From positions 1,860,001 through 1,924,000 of the forward strand of contig CM102283.1 in NCBI GenBank assembly GCA_046563655.1: a DNA stretch of 64,000 nucleotides, read 5' to 3'. A program made the translations under genes and the position numbers. Below the pieces are notes generated by a model that was not told where the DNA came from, ran no database searches, and saw only the letters and a list, made by a program, of their open reading frames with translations. This DNA comes from Yuukianura sp. NJ FZ-2021 (taxonomy: Eukaryota). Numbering within the stretch: the stretch's first letter is position 1; each line of letters opens with the position of its first letter. Shown here in pieces: positions 27,411 through 39,900 of the stretch.

Positions 27411-28869
27411 GTTATGACTATTGAGTATTGAGCAAAAACCTAACAAACTTTACATAACGTAACTAACACAATTAACGTAACAAAGTTACGTCAATGATAA
27501 AAATCATTAAATCACAAACGTGACTGACTGACATGATCAGATCACAAATGAGACTTTGAGTCACAATCTTGCACTTTGATCATTTTCTTTCTTTTTGCTG
27601 TTCTCAATTAAGCGTTTTCTATGAACTGAAAAAAAGCTAACCCCGCTTTAGTTCAAAAAGATTTCTGCTCTTAAGATTTTTTTTTGGAAAGTCCTTTTTG
27701 CACTTTTCTCCGCTCTTGCTAACGTGACAAGAACAGAAAAAGTTCTGAACAGCAGGACATCATGCAACTAGTCTCTTCAAAGTGCACAGAAGCTATGGAC
27801 CAAAAAGATGACAATACACTGAAAAAAATCTAGACTAACCTAACAGATAAAAAACGTGAAAAGATTTTTCCAAAAGATATTTGCATCCATTTCCTAAGTG
27901 TTTTCTCACGTCCTTAACTGTCACTTTTATAGCATCTGTTCTGGAGCTATTCGATTTTTCAGTGTCAACAACTTTGCATTTTTCAAGCACTTTGGCCAAT
28001 GGGTTGACAAAGCAATAGAATTTTTCAAACAGTTTTGCATTTCTACGAAAACCGAAAAAAGAAATCATGTTTTCAAAAAAAACGTTCTGTTCAATTTCAC
28101 AAAAAAAAACTCTTTTCACGTAAAGTTCAAGCAAAAATCAAGATTTAGGTTTTTGCAGCCAACGTGAATTTTAAATCTCGGAATCTCGGTTGTTAATAAA
28201 TTTTAATAAATTTGGATTTTAATAAATTCAAACTTTCCCGCTTTAGTTTGTTTGAAAGCGAGGGTGCTGTGATTGTTTTCTTTTCAAAATGAAAACTTTG
28301 GTTATCCCCTGAGACCGTCTTTGTTACGCTACGTTGAAGATTATTATTACATAAGCTTTTGTATACAAGACATTACCCAAAGCTCTTCCAAAGTTTTTAG
28401 AACAATAGGGAAATGGCACCAAATTCAAAAGTTTGGAGTTTACATTAGACCCGACTTTCTCCAGGAAGGAGAAAGTAATAAATCTACCAGTTCAAAATTT
28501 CCTGGAAGAAAAGAAAATTAAACTGCCGTAAGAAATTACTATTCAAAAACTACTGAACCGATTTTCCTCTGTTCTTTTTTGCAAAAAAGGAAAAGTTGCG
28601 TAAATTTTACGTCTTTAGAAATCTTGGCTTTATGAATTTTTAAAAAAGAGGCAGACGGCTTGAGACAATTTAGTGTTGGAAGGTAAAAGCTTAAAGTGAA
28701 GAATGGGAGAGCAGCAAAGTGGAATGGGATTAGAACGGAGTGTTCTATGTGATTTATTTCATTTTCGCTTTTTCGGCGCGAAGAAAATTCAAATTTTGAC
28801 GAGTTCTATTTGTTCAAAAAAGGCCCGAGGGAGGTTTCTTGAAATTGTAGAAAAGTGGCTACTGGAAAT

Positions 28870-30792
28870 TCAAATTCCGCAATACGGACCTTTTGAAACT
28901 GCGGTGTCAATGAACACAACATTTCCGTTTTGAGGCCATGCGTTACCCGCTGTAACACCAACACTGCTGCCGTCAACAGTTGCACCGCCGCTGAGCTGTC
29001 GGTAGCCCACGATTACACCAACGATGAAACTGACTGTGAGAAATGCCACTTCGTATGGGGCGTCGCTCAGTGGCATTTGACCTGTGAGGAGCTAGTAAAA
29101 AAAATTCTTTCAAAAATAAATTTTTCAAAAATTTGAAAATTACTTCTTTACTTTTTGAATAATGATGAGCTGATTGGCCAGAAAGTCTTGGATGATGGAA
29201 CTCCATTCTCCAGTGGCAGCAGCTCCACTGATTGCCCAAACATGTGGAATGTTAGAATTTATGGCGCGAACGGTGGATTCAAATCCTTTTTCGTTGTCGG
29301 CACCAAACAAATTGGACACACTTTCACTAATAGCTGCCAAGCCAGCACTAGCCGCCGCAGCGACTTGAGCCACCTTTGAAGGATTGTCTTTCGGAGGGGT
29401 TTGTCCGTGAGCGGCTTGTCCAGGAGCGTCTTGTCCTGGAGCGGCTTGTCCAGGAGCGGCTTGTCCTGGAGCGGCTTGTCCCGGAGCGTTCTGCACAGGC
29501 GTGCCATCTTGAGCCCGCTGTGCACCAGCCTCAACACAACCGGGAAAGACATATTCTAGTGTAAGAAAAATTAAGGAGACTCTTATTGCATTAGAAAAAC
29601 GCTTTTAAAAAACATCGCGCTTTAGGCGCGTACCTGGTGGTTGTTGGTAGGCCTGTTGGGGGGCCACCAGAGGTATGTTTCCAGCGTCACATGGATCGAA
29701 GCAAGGATCAACGTAGGCACAACTAGCGTCAGGCGCGACGTAAATCATGCCCTGTGGAATTTGCGCGCCAATTTCAAATCCATTAGGAGCTCCAGGTACT
29801 TGGCTTCCTGCCATGATCCATTGGCCATTCTGATCCATAAAACCTCCACCACTGCAGTTTGGCATCCAGTTACCTAAGAACACATAAAAATTTGGCGGGA
29901 AAACTTTCAAAACTGCTTGGCGCCAATTTTTTTTAAAAAGAGTGTACCTGCATGGTAAGGGCAGTTGGCATTTCCCAGTGCATGGTCGAATTGTTGTGAA
30001 AGTTGGTCCATGTACTTGACTAAACAGTGAATTTCGTTACAAATTCCTTGTACTTGACTTTGATCTTGAATGCTAGGGGCTGAAGGTCATGAGGTCAAAA
30101 GCCAAAAGTCAAAATTTTGTTTCAAAATCGTTAGATTACTAAAAAGAAGTGGTAAGTTATGTACCGGGCTCTTTTTCTTGACATTCTGGAGCATTTTTCA
30201 ACTGTTCCAGCATGTTGACCAACTCAACAGCTTGGCCCAGCACATTGTAGATTTTGTCTTTGATGCATGCACGAGGAGGTCCTTCATGCTGTTGACCTTG
30301 ACCTTGCCCTTGACCTCCCCCATCATGTTGCATCGATACGCAAATTTCAGCTCGCAAGTTTTCCAGAAGCTGACCTTGGTCTTCTAGGTGTTTGAGGATT
30401 GGTTTGGGCAAGGCTTGACCTCCTGCCTAATAAAAATTTCCATCTCCAAATTTTCAAAATTTGAAAAAAAGTTCCAAATTTTAAATTCCAACAGATTCTC
30501 ACCTGACCTCCATTTCCTCTGCCGGGTATCAGCCCTTTTAGCTTAGCCTCACAGTACTCGGCAAGGAAGCAATAGATATTTTCTGGTTTTTGGAGCAAAA
30601 CCTACAGATTTTAAAAAAAGCCAATTTCGAAAAAGTTTTTCCAAAAAACTAAAAATAGAAAATCTCATCAAGCAGCTTTTAGCAACACAAGAACGTGCGG
30701 GTTCTTCTCACCTCAGTAGAAAACTCTTCCAGAATTTCAAAGAGCCCAGGCGGTATGGTACATTGAACCGGGGCAGGTTGAGACGCGTCCTG
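28870..30792 (-). CDS. RIIa dimerization/docking-domain protein with APGQA repeats and a C-terminal hydrophobic helix (5' end unresolved)
   Basis: Splicing across the ~30711/30601 intron gives TIPPGLFEILEEFSTE|VLLQKPENIYCFLAEYCEAKL, the RIIa D/D pattern of PKA-RII/SPA17. Further in-frame exons run through five APGQA-type repeats (29400-29490) to VAFLTVSFIVGVIVGY and a TGA at 28870. Confidence 0.65.
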
Positions 30793-33700
30793 CGGTTCCG
30801 CCATGTCCACAGGGCGGGAATTCAAATCAAATTTGAATTTTGGCGCTCTTCCTTTCCAAGTTCAATTTAGAAGTAGATGTAATTTATTCGGTGTGTTTGG
30901 GATACCGTTATCATCAGTAACACCACTTTCACTTTTTTCGCTCCCACTGTTCGCGCTTTTGCTGCTCCAAAAAAAATTCGGAATTTTGACAAAGTGAATA
31001 ATGACACAAAATTATACAGAGGGTTGATAAATGTGGAAGCTCCCAGGAGAGAAGCACAAGAGTCATCATGCCGGAAAATAATGCGATGCAAGAGGAAAGT
31101 CTCCATGGAAACGATATACACAACAACAATTTTTCACAAAAAAAAAAAAAAAAATTCCCGCTCGCTCCATTGTGCCCAGAATGAGCTTTATTTGCGTCTT
31201 TCAGACACTTACTTGAAGTTGATTGACTTGTTGATTTAATTTAAGCTGCACCAACCTGAATTTGCCGCGCTTAAATTTACTTTGGCCTTCCGCTTTCCTC
31301 TGTTTTGTTGCATTTTTTTGACAGAAAACATTTTTTTAATGCTTGATTTGATTTTGACTATTCTTTTTACTCATAATTTATGAGTGAAAAAGATAATCAA
31401 ATCAAGTCATAAATGAGTCATGAGAAGGTTTTGAGGTTTTTAGCCAAAACGTTTTGCTTTCTATTGAAAGGGCTTTTTTGGTATTGAAAACCATTTTTAA
31501 GAGGAAACTTTTTTTCCCTTGGGTTTTTCCTTTTCGTCGGCTTTCTGCAGTTGATTTCCTATTGAAAAGGTAGTTATTTTCAATTTTAGTTGTAGCATGT
31601 AGATGTTCATGGAAAAGTTAAATTATTTTTTGCAACTACCATTTTGCAATTTGTACTTTACTTTGATTTTTTAAGGATTTCTTTGAAAACAGCCTGATTG
31701 AATTAGAACCATTAAAGGAAAGTGGTGATATCGGTGTGGCGTGATTCAGAAAAAAGTTTTGGAAAGAAACTTTTTGGAAAAGTTGTTACAAAGATATCAC
31801 AACCAAATGTTTACGGAAATTAAACGACTAACTTTTGTTACACGCTCCACCACGAACGAGTTTCAATTACTTTTTTAACCAAGCTTTTTGAAGTGAATTT
31901 AGTAAACAGAGAATGGAAACAAATGAAACTCTATTTTTTTTTGAAAAATAAAAATAAGAGACATAGCAATGGTGAGTTACATCGGAAATTCTGATTCAAC
32001 TGAATAAATGGAAAAAAACTTTGATGAAGTTGACTGAATTGTAATTAGCTTGAACGTTTTCTTGGTACAAAAATATTCTAGCTCTGACATTTTTGTTGTG
32101 TAAATCTTGAATCAAACCGCGGTGGCAGGAAGAAAAATGAAAATGCGATTTTCCGGTTTCCGGAACAAAAATGATATTTTTTTTCTGTTTCCTATCACAC
32201 TTTGTGAAAATTCACTGGGACGATGGATTTTTTTTCAAAGTGCTTTGAAGATTTCGAGCCTCTGCGATTTTGAAGATATCTTGAGGTAAAAGATAAAAGG
32301 ATTTGCGGAGGAAATTCAAAAAAGGCACACTGTAATAGACGACACACGAGTTGAATGAAACGAGAAGACTTTTTTGTTTATTTATTTGCGTATCAAATGA
32401 AGACGAGATTCTTTTATTGAGATTTCAAACACAGAAAAAAGTCTAAAGTCTAACTACAAATTGGAAAGTAGAAGATTGCTAGTTTCGTGGACAAAAGAAA
32501 AGTTTTTGAAAGAATTGATATCATTATCCATTCGGAATCTCATCTTGTTTATTTTTATTTACTGGTACGCTTTCTTACAAAAAAAAATTTCAAAAAATAA
32601 CAAATGTACATATAACTTTTTTTTTAAATTACGGACTAGCGAAAGTGAATTCTAAAGGAAATTTCGAAAACCTGTATAACTGATTCCACGATTTTAAATA
32701 ACATTTAAAACATTTGTTCACAAATCACAATGTTGGAATAAAATTTCTGTAGGTTTCGGTATTTAATGTAGGTGGAATTCAAATGACAAGGTAATATAAA
32801 AAGAAACTGCGTTTTGAGAACGAAGAAAGAATTTTAAAAATATAGATTTCTTCCCATTTTGTAAAATTTCTGAAATCCAAATTTTTTTTTATATAATAGT
32901 GGTCTTTCCAAATGCCTGTTTTTCTCACTCTACATTATTTTTTATTTTCTTTTTTCAGAATTTTTTCGTGAAATTTTGTTTTTATAAATAATTCCAGACA
33001 GATCGTAGGTGTGTTGCTCTAAGCAACTTAAGCGACGTATTGAATTCCAAGCACAAAACAACCGCGCTCGTGCCTGAACTGCCTTTTCAAGTAATACAAG
33101 TGTAAAAAGATCATTTTTTGAAAGAAATTTTTTTTGGACATGACATGGAACTTATAGTGACATAAAATACGGCAATAGTGCAGCAGTGCAGGTAACCATT
33201 GGAGAACTGCCCGGAGGTAGTACTCGTCATTCATCAAAAAATCAATTCAGAAGTAGATGTATCAGAAAAATGAACGAAAAAAATGAACGATTCAATTTTG
33301 TCAAGAAAAGTTTCGTCTTTGTCGCGCTTCTTTTCATTACTTTTCAAAGCGTTCAACCCAGATATAGATTTCTCATCAAACTCCAACTTGTAACAAATGT
33401 TGTGAAGGTGACAGTAACATGTCATCTAATAACACATTGGGTTCCACAATGGCACAAGACAGGTAAGTTGATCAAAAAATGGCAAAAACGAATTAAATTA
33501 TTGAAAATCGATTGAAAATCAATTGAAAATTTCTCTGCTTTGTCAAAACTATTTTAAAGAAATTGTTTCAAGAGTAGTTTGTGAGAGAAAGTGAAAGAAA
33601 GTTTAGGTTTATATCCGGTAAAGTATTTGAATATTAAGAGTTCGAATTGTTTTAGAATTTTATCCCATATTTCCTTATGTTTGTTATTTTTAGCGCCAAA

Positions 33701-36700
33701 AACTAAACTTTAAGCACGAAGTTTCGATTTCTAAAAAGTCCAAAAGTTCGTATTGTGGTCGGTAGTTACAAGGATCGATTCTTTTTGCGGTTTTTCCTTG
33801 AACCAAAGAAGAGTTGTTGTTACCTTTGACCTCTCGTTCTTATATTTTTCTCGTTTGGCGGGAAAGGCATAATTTACAAAAGTTGAAAATTCGTTTTTGA
33901 AAATTACACTTCTGTAATTTGGAAATTCCAACTCACCAAACATTTAACCCAAAGTGAAGACTGGAAAGTAACAAGCTGGATGACCTTGTCTACATTTCGA
34001 CCAAAATTTCAAATTAACCGAGTAACCAAGGTTAATTTGCCGTGGTCGAAATATCAAATTTCCCTTTGTACTGAAACATCAGTTTTCAGTGTCAAGATTT
34101 GCTGGATGGTGGAAATTAAATTCCAAGGTGTCCACCTTTCACTCTTCTAGCCATCACCGCCCGGTTTGTAAACAAAACCAGTGGCACGGGAATTCAAATT
34201 TCTGAAACTTCTGTTCTAGTTATACATGAAATTTTCCAGCTCACTAAACATTCCAAAATCTTTAACTTTTGGAGTTATTAAACTGCAAAGATGAATAATT
34301 AAAGTTCAATTTGAGAAAGTACAAATTAGGGAGAAAATTTAAAGTTTTCCTTTAAGAAAATCTTGGCTAAGACTCCAAAGTCGCATTTTTTCCAAAACCT
34401 CAAACTTTCTGACTTTCAAGGAAAATTTTCTCTTTCCGTTGAAACTTCTCGACATCCGGAGGAGGTGGTTGGAGGAGGAGGAGGGAGGAGGAAGGAGAGC
34501 GGACTTAATGTCCTCCCTGGGGGCAAATTCGTTCGTGACCTTTGACCTTTCGACTCCAAATCTGCGGCTGTCAGCAGAACTACGGGGAATTTACACTCTT
34601 CCGGTGGCCGGTGGCAGTGACCACAAAATGAGAAACAGACTGACTATTGTCCAGGAAGAAGCATAAAGTGGTTTTTACTTTCCTCCCTTCAAGCCAAACC
34701 ACAAAACAAGTTGCCTAAATCTCCCGCACTTCCGCCCTCTCCCACAGAGTCAAAAATTCTTCGTCTTTTCTAAATAATAAACTGCACGTGCCATTTTCCC
34801 GCCAAATTGCAAATTTTCTTCTACTCAAGATGAGAATAGACGTGTAATGAACCTCATTTCCTCCCGAGCACTTTTTGCCAACCATTGCAGCACATTTTTT
34901 ATTGACTCAATTTATTACGTTCCCTCCAAAACGTGTGGTGTAAGGTAGCAGCACTACATTTTTTTTGTTGAACACGAACAAATACCGCAAAGATGTAAGT
35001 TGAAATGAGAAAATTCTTGAGCATTGTGTTTTGTGGACAGACATCGTCACGAACAACACAAATCCAATTGTTCCCCAAGATGAAATGTCGCTTGGCGACC
35101 ATCGTTTTTTGTACTCAAATGTCAAAAGGTTCTGTTGGAATTGGATTAATAGAACTTCGGATCTGGCGTAAAACACGTTTCAAAATTTCCCATCGAAATA
35201 CGATCTTTTGAATTGGATTGTATTTTGTTTCTCGGAGAACAACTTTGCGCCGCATTGGGAATCAAATTTTAGTTTGCATTTTCCTCTTCTTCAAGCCCTA
35301 TGCAACTTAAAAATTTTCAAGAATTTTATGAAACGGAAATTCTAAAAAAAATCCAAGCAAAATGTAGTAATCCAGCACAGAAAATGTAAAAAGAATGAAA
35401 GCATTTTCAATTTTTTTCTCGCTCTTTTGTTTAAATTGCCGACGCTTAAGAATTCAATTACTCCACATTTAGTTTCAAAAATGAGTTGTTCAAGTTCTTT
35501 CGACTAATAATTCAAAAAGATTTGGCGCTAAAATTATATTTTAAAAAAGCAATTAACAGCAGAACCAGTGAGGTGTCGAAAGTAGTTCGGGATGGAAGTG
35601 AAAGCGGAAATGATTAGAAGTGAAAGCAATTTGTTTTTTTCTTATTTTACTGTCAAATTTTTAAACAAAAGCAAACAAACAACTTCCAAGGTTTTTAGTT
35701 TAAAAAACTAAAGTTTCGTTTAAAGAAGAAGTGACACGTCGTCTCACCATCCTTTTGGAATAACACAAGTTAACACAATAGTTAATTACAATATGTCAAC
35801 TAATTATCATGTAAATTGTTACATTCTATTTATAACACAAACTAATAATTGATACCTTAGCAATACAGAATTTTAGTAGATTTAGATTAACTTAACAGCG
35901 AAGATCAAAGCTTTGAATTTAACTTTAAGTTTTAAGCTTCTAGTATAAAATTTTTTAGTTTTAAACCTCCGTTTTTGATAGATCTAAAACTTTTCTAAAG
36001 CTTTTTGAAAATGAATCACAAACTTTACGTAATATCGACAAAACATGTCATACGACACGAATTTCACATAATACACACGAAACCTACAAAAACTTTTGAT
36101 TTCACCGCGGTTTAACTCAAAACTAACTTATTTTGATATCGTGTTCGCACAATTATTAGTTCACATGAAATTTCTCAAGTGTTGGCAACTTTTATTGAAA
36201 AAGTTTCATAAAATATTTAACTCCAGTTAAACTTGAAACTAATAACTTCGGATAATACGTTTACGGATTTGGCGAAACCAAAACTTTTCTCTTTTGTCTT
36301 GTTAGTCTTACCTAACATTACTACTATGTTATTTATGCTACCGAACATAAACATAACACTACTTTCTCTTTTTGTTTTATTTTTAGCGCCTACAAAAGTT
36401 TACCTTTCCGTTCGTTAATGGAGTTTGGAAAACATTGTTAGTCGAAAAGCACAAAAAAACACAAACACACAAGAAAAAATTTCCCTGACGTTCCCTCGCG
36501 CGGGAGATTTACGAGTAATTTTTGTTTTGTTTTTGTAACCCGAAACTTAAAAAAAATGAAATTTTGTGTTGAATTTGTGACTGTGTGTGAAATAAACTCA
36601 AACTGTTTCGGTGTATTGCCCGTAACGTAAAGTTTTCAAAATTTTACAAAATGTTACACTTTCCATTTCACTAAAAAGTTCCATTTTGCAGTTTTTTCAG

Positions 36701-36973
36701 AGTTAATTTTAAGACTAAGCTTAATTGAAAAAAAAGGCTTGCTATCGCAAGAATGATGTAATTCTGTGAATCAAAAGTTCAAAACGTTCATCAAACTAAT
36801 GTGCTTTCCCTGCATAACTTTTTGAAAAAAAAAGAAAATCCTTTCACTTCCTTTTGTTTTTTAAAATTTAATTTTCCAGAGTAGGACTCTCAATCCTTTT
36901 CTCACTTTTTCTTAACCTATTTTTCTAAAAAGTAGCTATAAGCTCAAGTTTTGAGTGACTGACTGAAGTGATC

Positions 36974-39900
36974 TCAAGCATAGTACGTCTCCACTTCAGT
37001 TTGTGACGACTGGTAGAATGTCGTGTCACGAGATTTGGGTTTGGCTGGTGGATAATGGACGCTTTTGGAGTTCTTCTGACATTGGACGACATTCGGCTCC
37101 AGTCGTACCTCACTCAAATCAGTTTCCGTTCTGTAGTCATGCTGAGCCATGTTAAAGTTCATCTTTGGATCTTTGGACTTCCTGGACAAAGAAGTGCCAC
37201 ATTTTGAAAACGGTTTTGGACGCCCGGATCTTTGTCTTTTACGACCCAATGAGATTCCATCTTTCCGCCGTTCTGCGCAGCACAGATTGCGCAGAGATTT
37301 ACGAAAGTTACGACCAGAGACGCAGTAGAGGAGGAAATTGACGCTGAAGTTTGTGTTGAAGAGGATGTTAGCCCACTGCTGAAAGGGAAAGACGTATGAC
37401 GGGTCATCCGAAGTCGTATCCAGAATGTATCTCTGAGAAACCAAAAACCAGAAAAGTTAACAGTGGGAAGGTACAATTTCGAAAAAAGTTAAGAGCGGGA
37501 AGACACAAATTTTGAAAATGAAGATAGTAAATGTCAAAGACGCCTCTTTTAGGAATATTGGCTCATAAAAGTAAAAAAAAAGTGGACGTAAAATATCTTG
37601 ACTCAAAGAGTGAAAATGGCACAGAAAAGAGGTTTCTGGAACATAAAAATCAAGTTAGTGTGACTAAGGGGATTACTCTACAAAATTTTTTCAAGAAAAA
37701 AAAAATGTCTCGAGTTACCCCAATCCATTTTCACTTTCACCATGGGCGCCCTGGAGAGTATGAAAATGGACTTTTGGCATAAAATGCAAACCAGAGCTAA
37801 AGCGAACCGCCTAATAAATGGACGTTAGGCAAATCAGGATCAGATTTCAAGTGATTAGTGTCGCACAGAAACATCAGCTTTCTCTAACAAGTTTCGAAAA
37901 TTATGTCATGTGTCGCAAAGTTTTGTAAACTGTGGAATTTGACAATGTAATGCAATTTCAAAAACTTATAACCAGAACTCGGCTGTGTTTAAAAAAACAA
38001 ACTTTCTCTTCTTTCTTTGCCAGAAAAAGTACTCGATATTCTACAAACAATTCTACTGTACATTCCATTTTTGCTTTGCTTACTTATAATCTGCAAAACT
38101 ATTCACAAACAAAAGAACTTTTTTTTTCAAATGTGATCTATTTAAAAAACTCACAAAATGCCGTGTCTTTCCTCCGAAAAGTTCAAATAACATACAAAGC
38201 TGTCTTTGAGGTCCAATTACATAACTAACAAAAGAAAAAGTGCTTTCACCACTACTACCAAAGTGGTGAAAGTTTTAGTCTTGGCTTAATTTTGGATCTA
38301 ATAAGCTCCCTTTCTGAAAAAGGGAACTTTTTCAATTTTTTCTTTGGAAGGCTGCTGCAATGGAGATGTCAACACTTCAAAAAATTATTTTAAAGTTTTT
38401 AAAAGTTTTTTGTGCTGCCTAATTCCGAAATTTTGTTAAAAGTAATCATCGCTTTTAGTACAAGTTGTTAACTTATAAAACTTCATTTTTTAAAAAGAGA
38501 ATTTTTGAAAAGGTCGAGAAAAGGTATGAATATTTTAAAAGTTAAAATCAGATTACTCCGCACATGACAGTTTCGAACTTTCAAACTTTCGAAATTTCAA
38601 ACTTATTACTATTTTATACTCCGAATTTACTACCACAACTCTTCACTAAACTTGTTTCAATTTTATCAAAATTCAATTCAAAATAAGTTTGCACAGAATC
38701 CGAATTTTTCATAAAAAGAATAAAAAGAATTTTTGGTAACTTTTGAACAATGTCTCTTCATGATATGAATATTGAGCACAACAAAATTGAAATTATGGTT
38801 GAATTGAAATTCTTGCGCCTTTCATCTATTTTTCATTATGGTTTAAATGTTTCAAAACGCTTCAGTTCCTCAAACTTCTTTCAAACGAAGTTCCAAACAC
38901 ACAAAATTCCGTTTAAAACCTGTTCATCAATAGGCTTATAAAATGCTTATCAGATGAGGTTCAGAACTAAATTTTCTGAAAAACTGTACATTTAAAGCTC
39001 TTGTGAATGTGAATTCAATGGAACCGAATTTGCGGGCAACAGGTCTAGAACACCCAAAACTCGTGAAGCTTTGTATTCAAGTTTCCGGAAAAACCAAATT
39101 CGATCGAATATTTAATCTCCAAGAGTCTTTCTGTTTGCCTTTTCCACACAAAAGTTTCATAAAGACAACGAAACAAAAATTAAGCAAAAAAATATGACTA
39201 AAGGAAAACCAAAACAAACAGAAAAACAAAAAAGTAATTTCATATTCCTTCACAAACTCACAAACCGTGTGCACCAAAAACAAAAAAACCGACGTATAGA
39301 CTAACATGAATAGACAAGTGCAAAATATTTTCCCACACTTCACATTTTACAAAGATGGACGCCACACTGTAAAATGTCATTCACGCTTGATGGGCATCTG
39401 AGATGCACATGTATATCAGAGAAAGTTAGAAAGTTAAAAAACGCAAGTCTTCTTCGACATGTCGTAGACATGAGGCTCTAGAAGACTAAAAACGAGAAAA
39501 AACACCAAAAGAATGAAATAAAGAACAAATGGATATTTGAAAAACTTGTTTCTTGGCGACAATGTCACCGCCAGCGATGTCATCGTTGCTATTGAACACC
39601 AAAGTCACAGTCACTGTCACTTGAAGTACTAAAGTAACACCATCTCCTATGCTCTGCTCATTGGACCAGAAAAAATACAGACTATAGTTTCAGGTTCCAA
39701 AGCCCTGGGGATTCTGAAAACACGAAATTCGGATAAAACCGACATCGGAGATAACACAAAATTCATTTCTAAGAAAACATTATCTTATTTTTTGTTTGTA
39801 TTTTTTTATGGTAAAAATTTTTCCACTCTTCCTCGAGGCTGAACAAAAGTGACAAAGAAAATTAAGTCTTTTCTGCAGAATGTTTGTTTTTGCTCCGAAT

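Noticed and set aside
31300-36900. Numerous 60-110-aa ORFs rich in F/K/N/I
   Set aside because: The composition is typical of chance ORFs in AT-rich non-coding DNA, with no domains or coherent exons.
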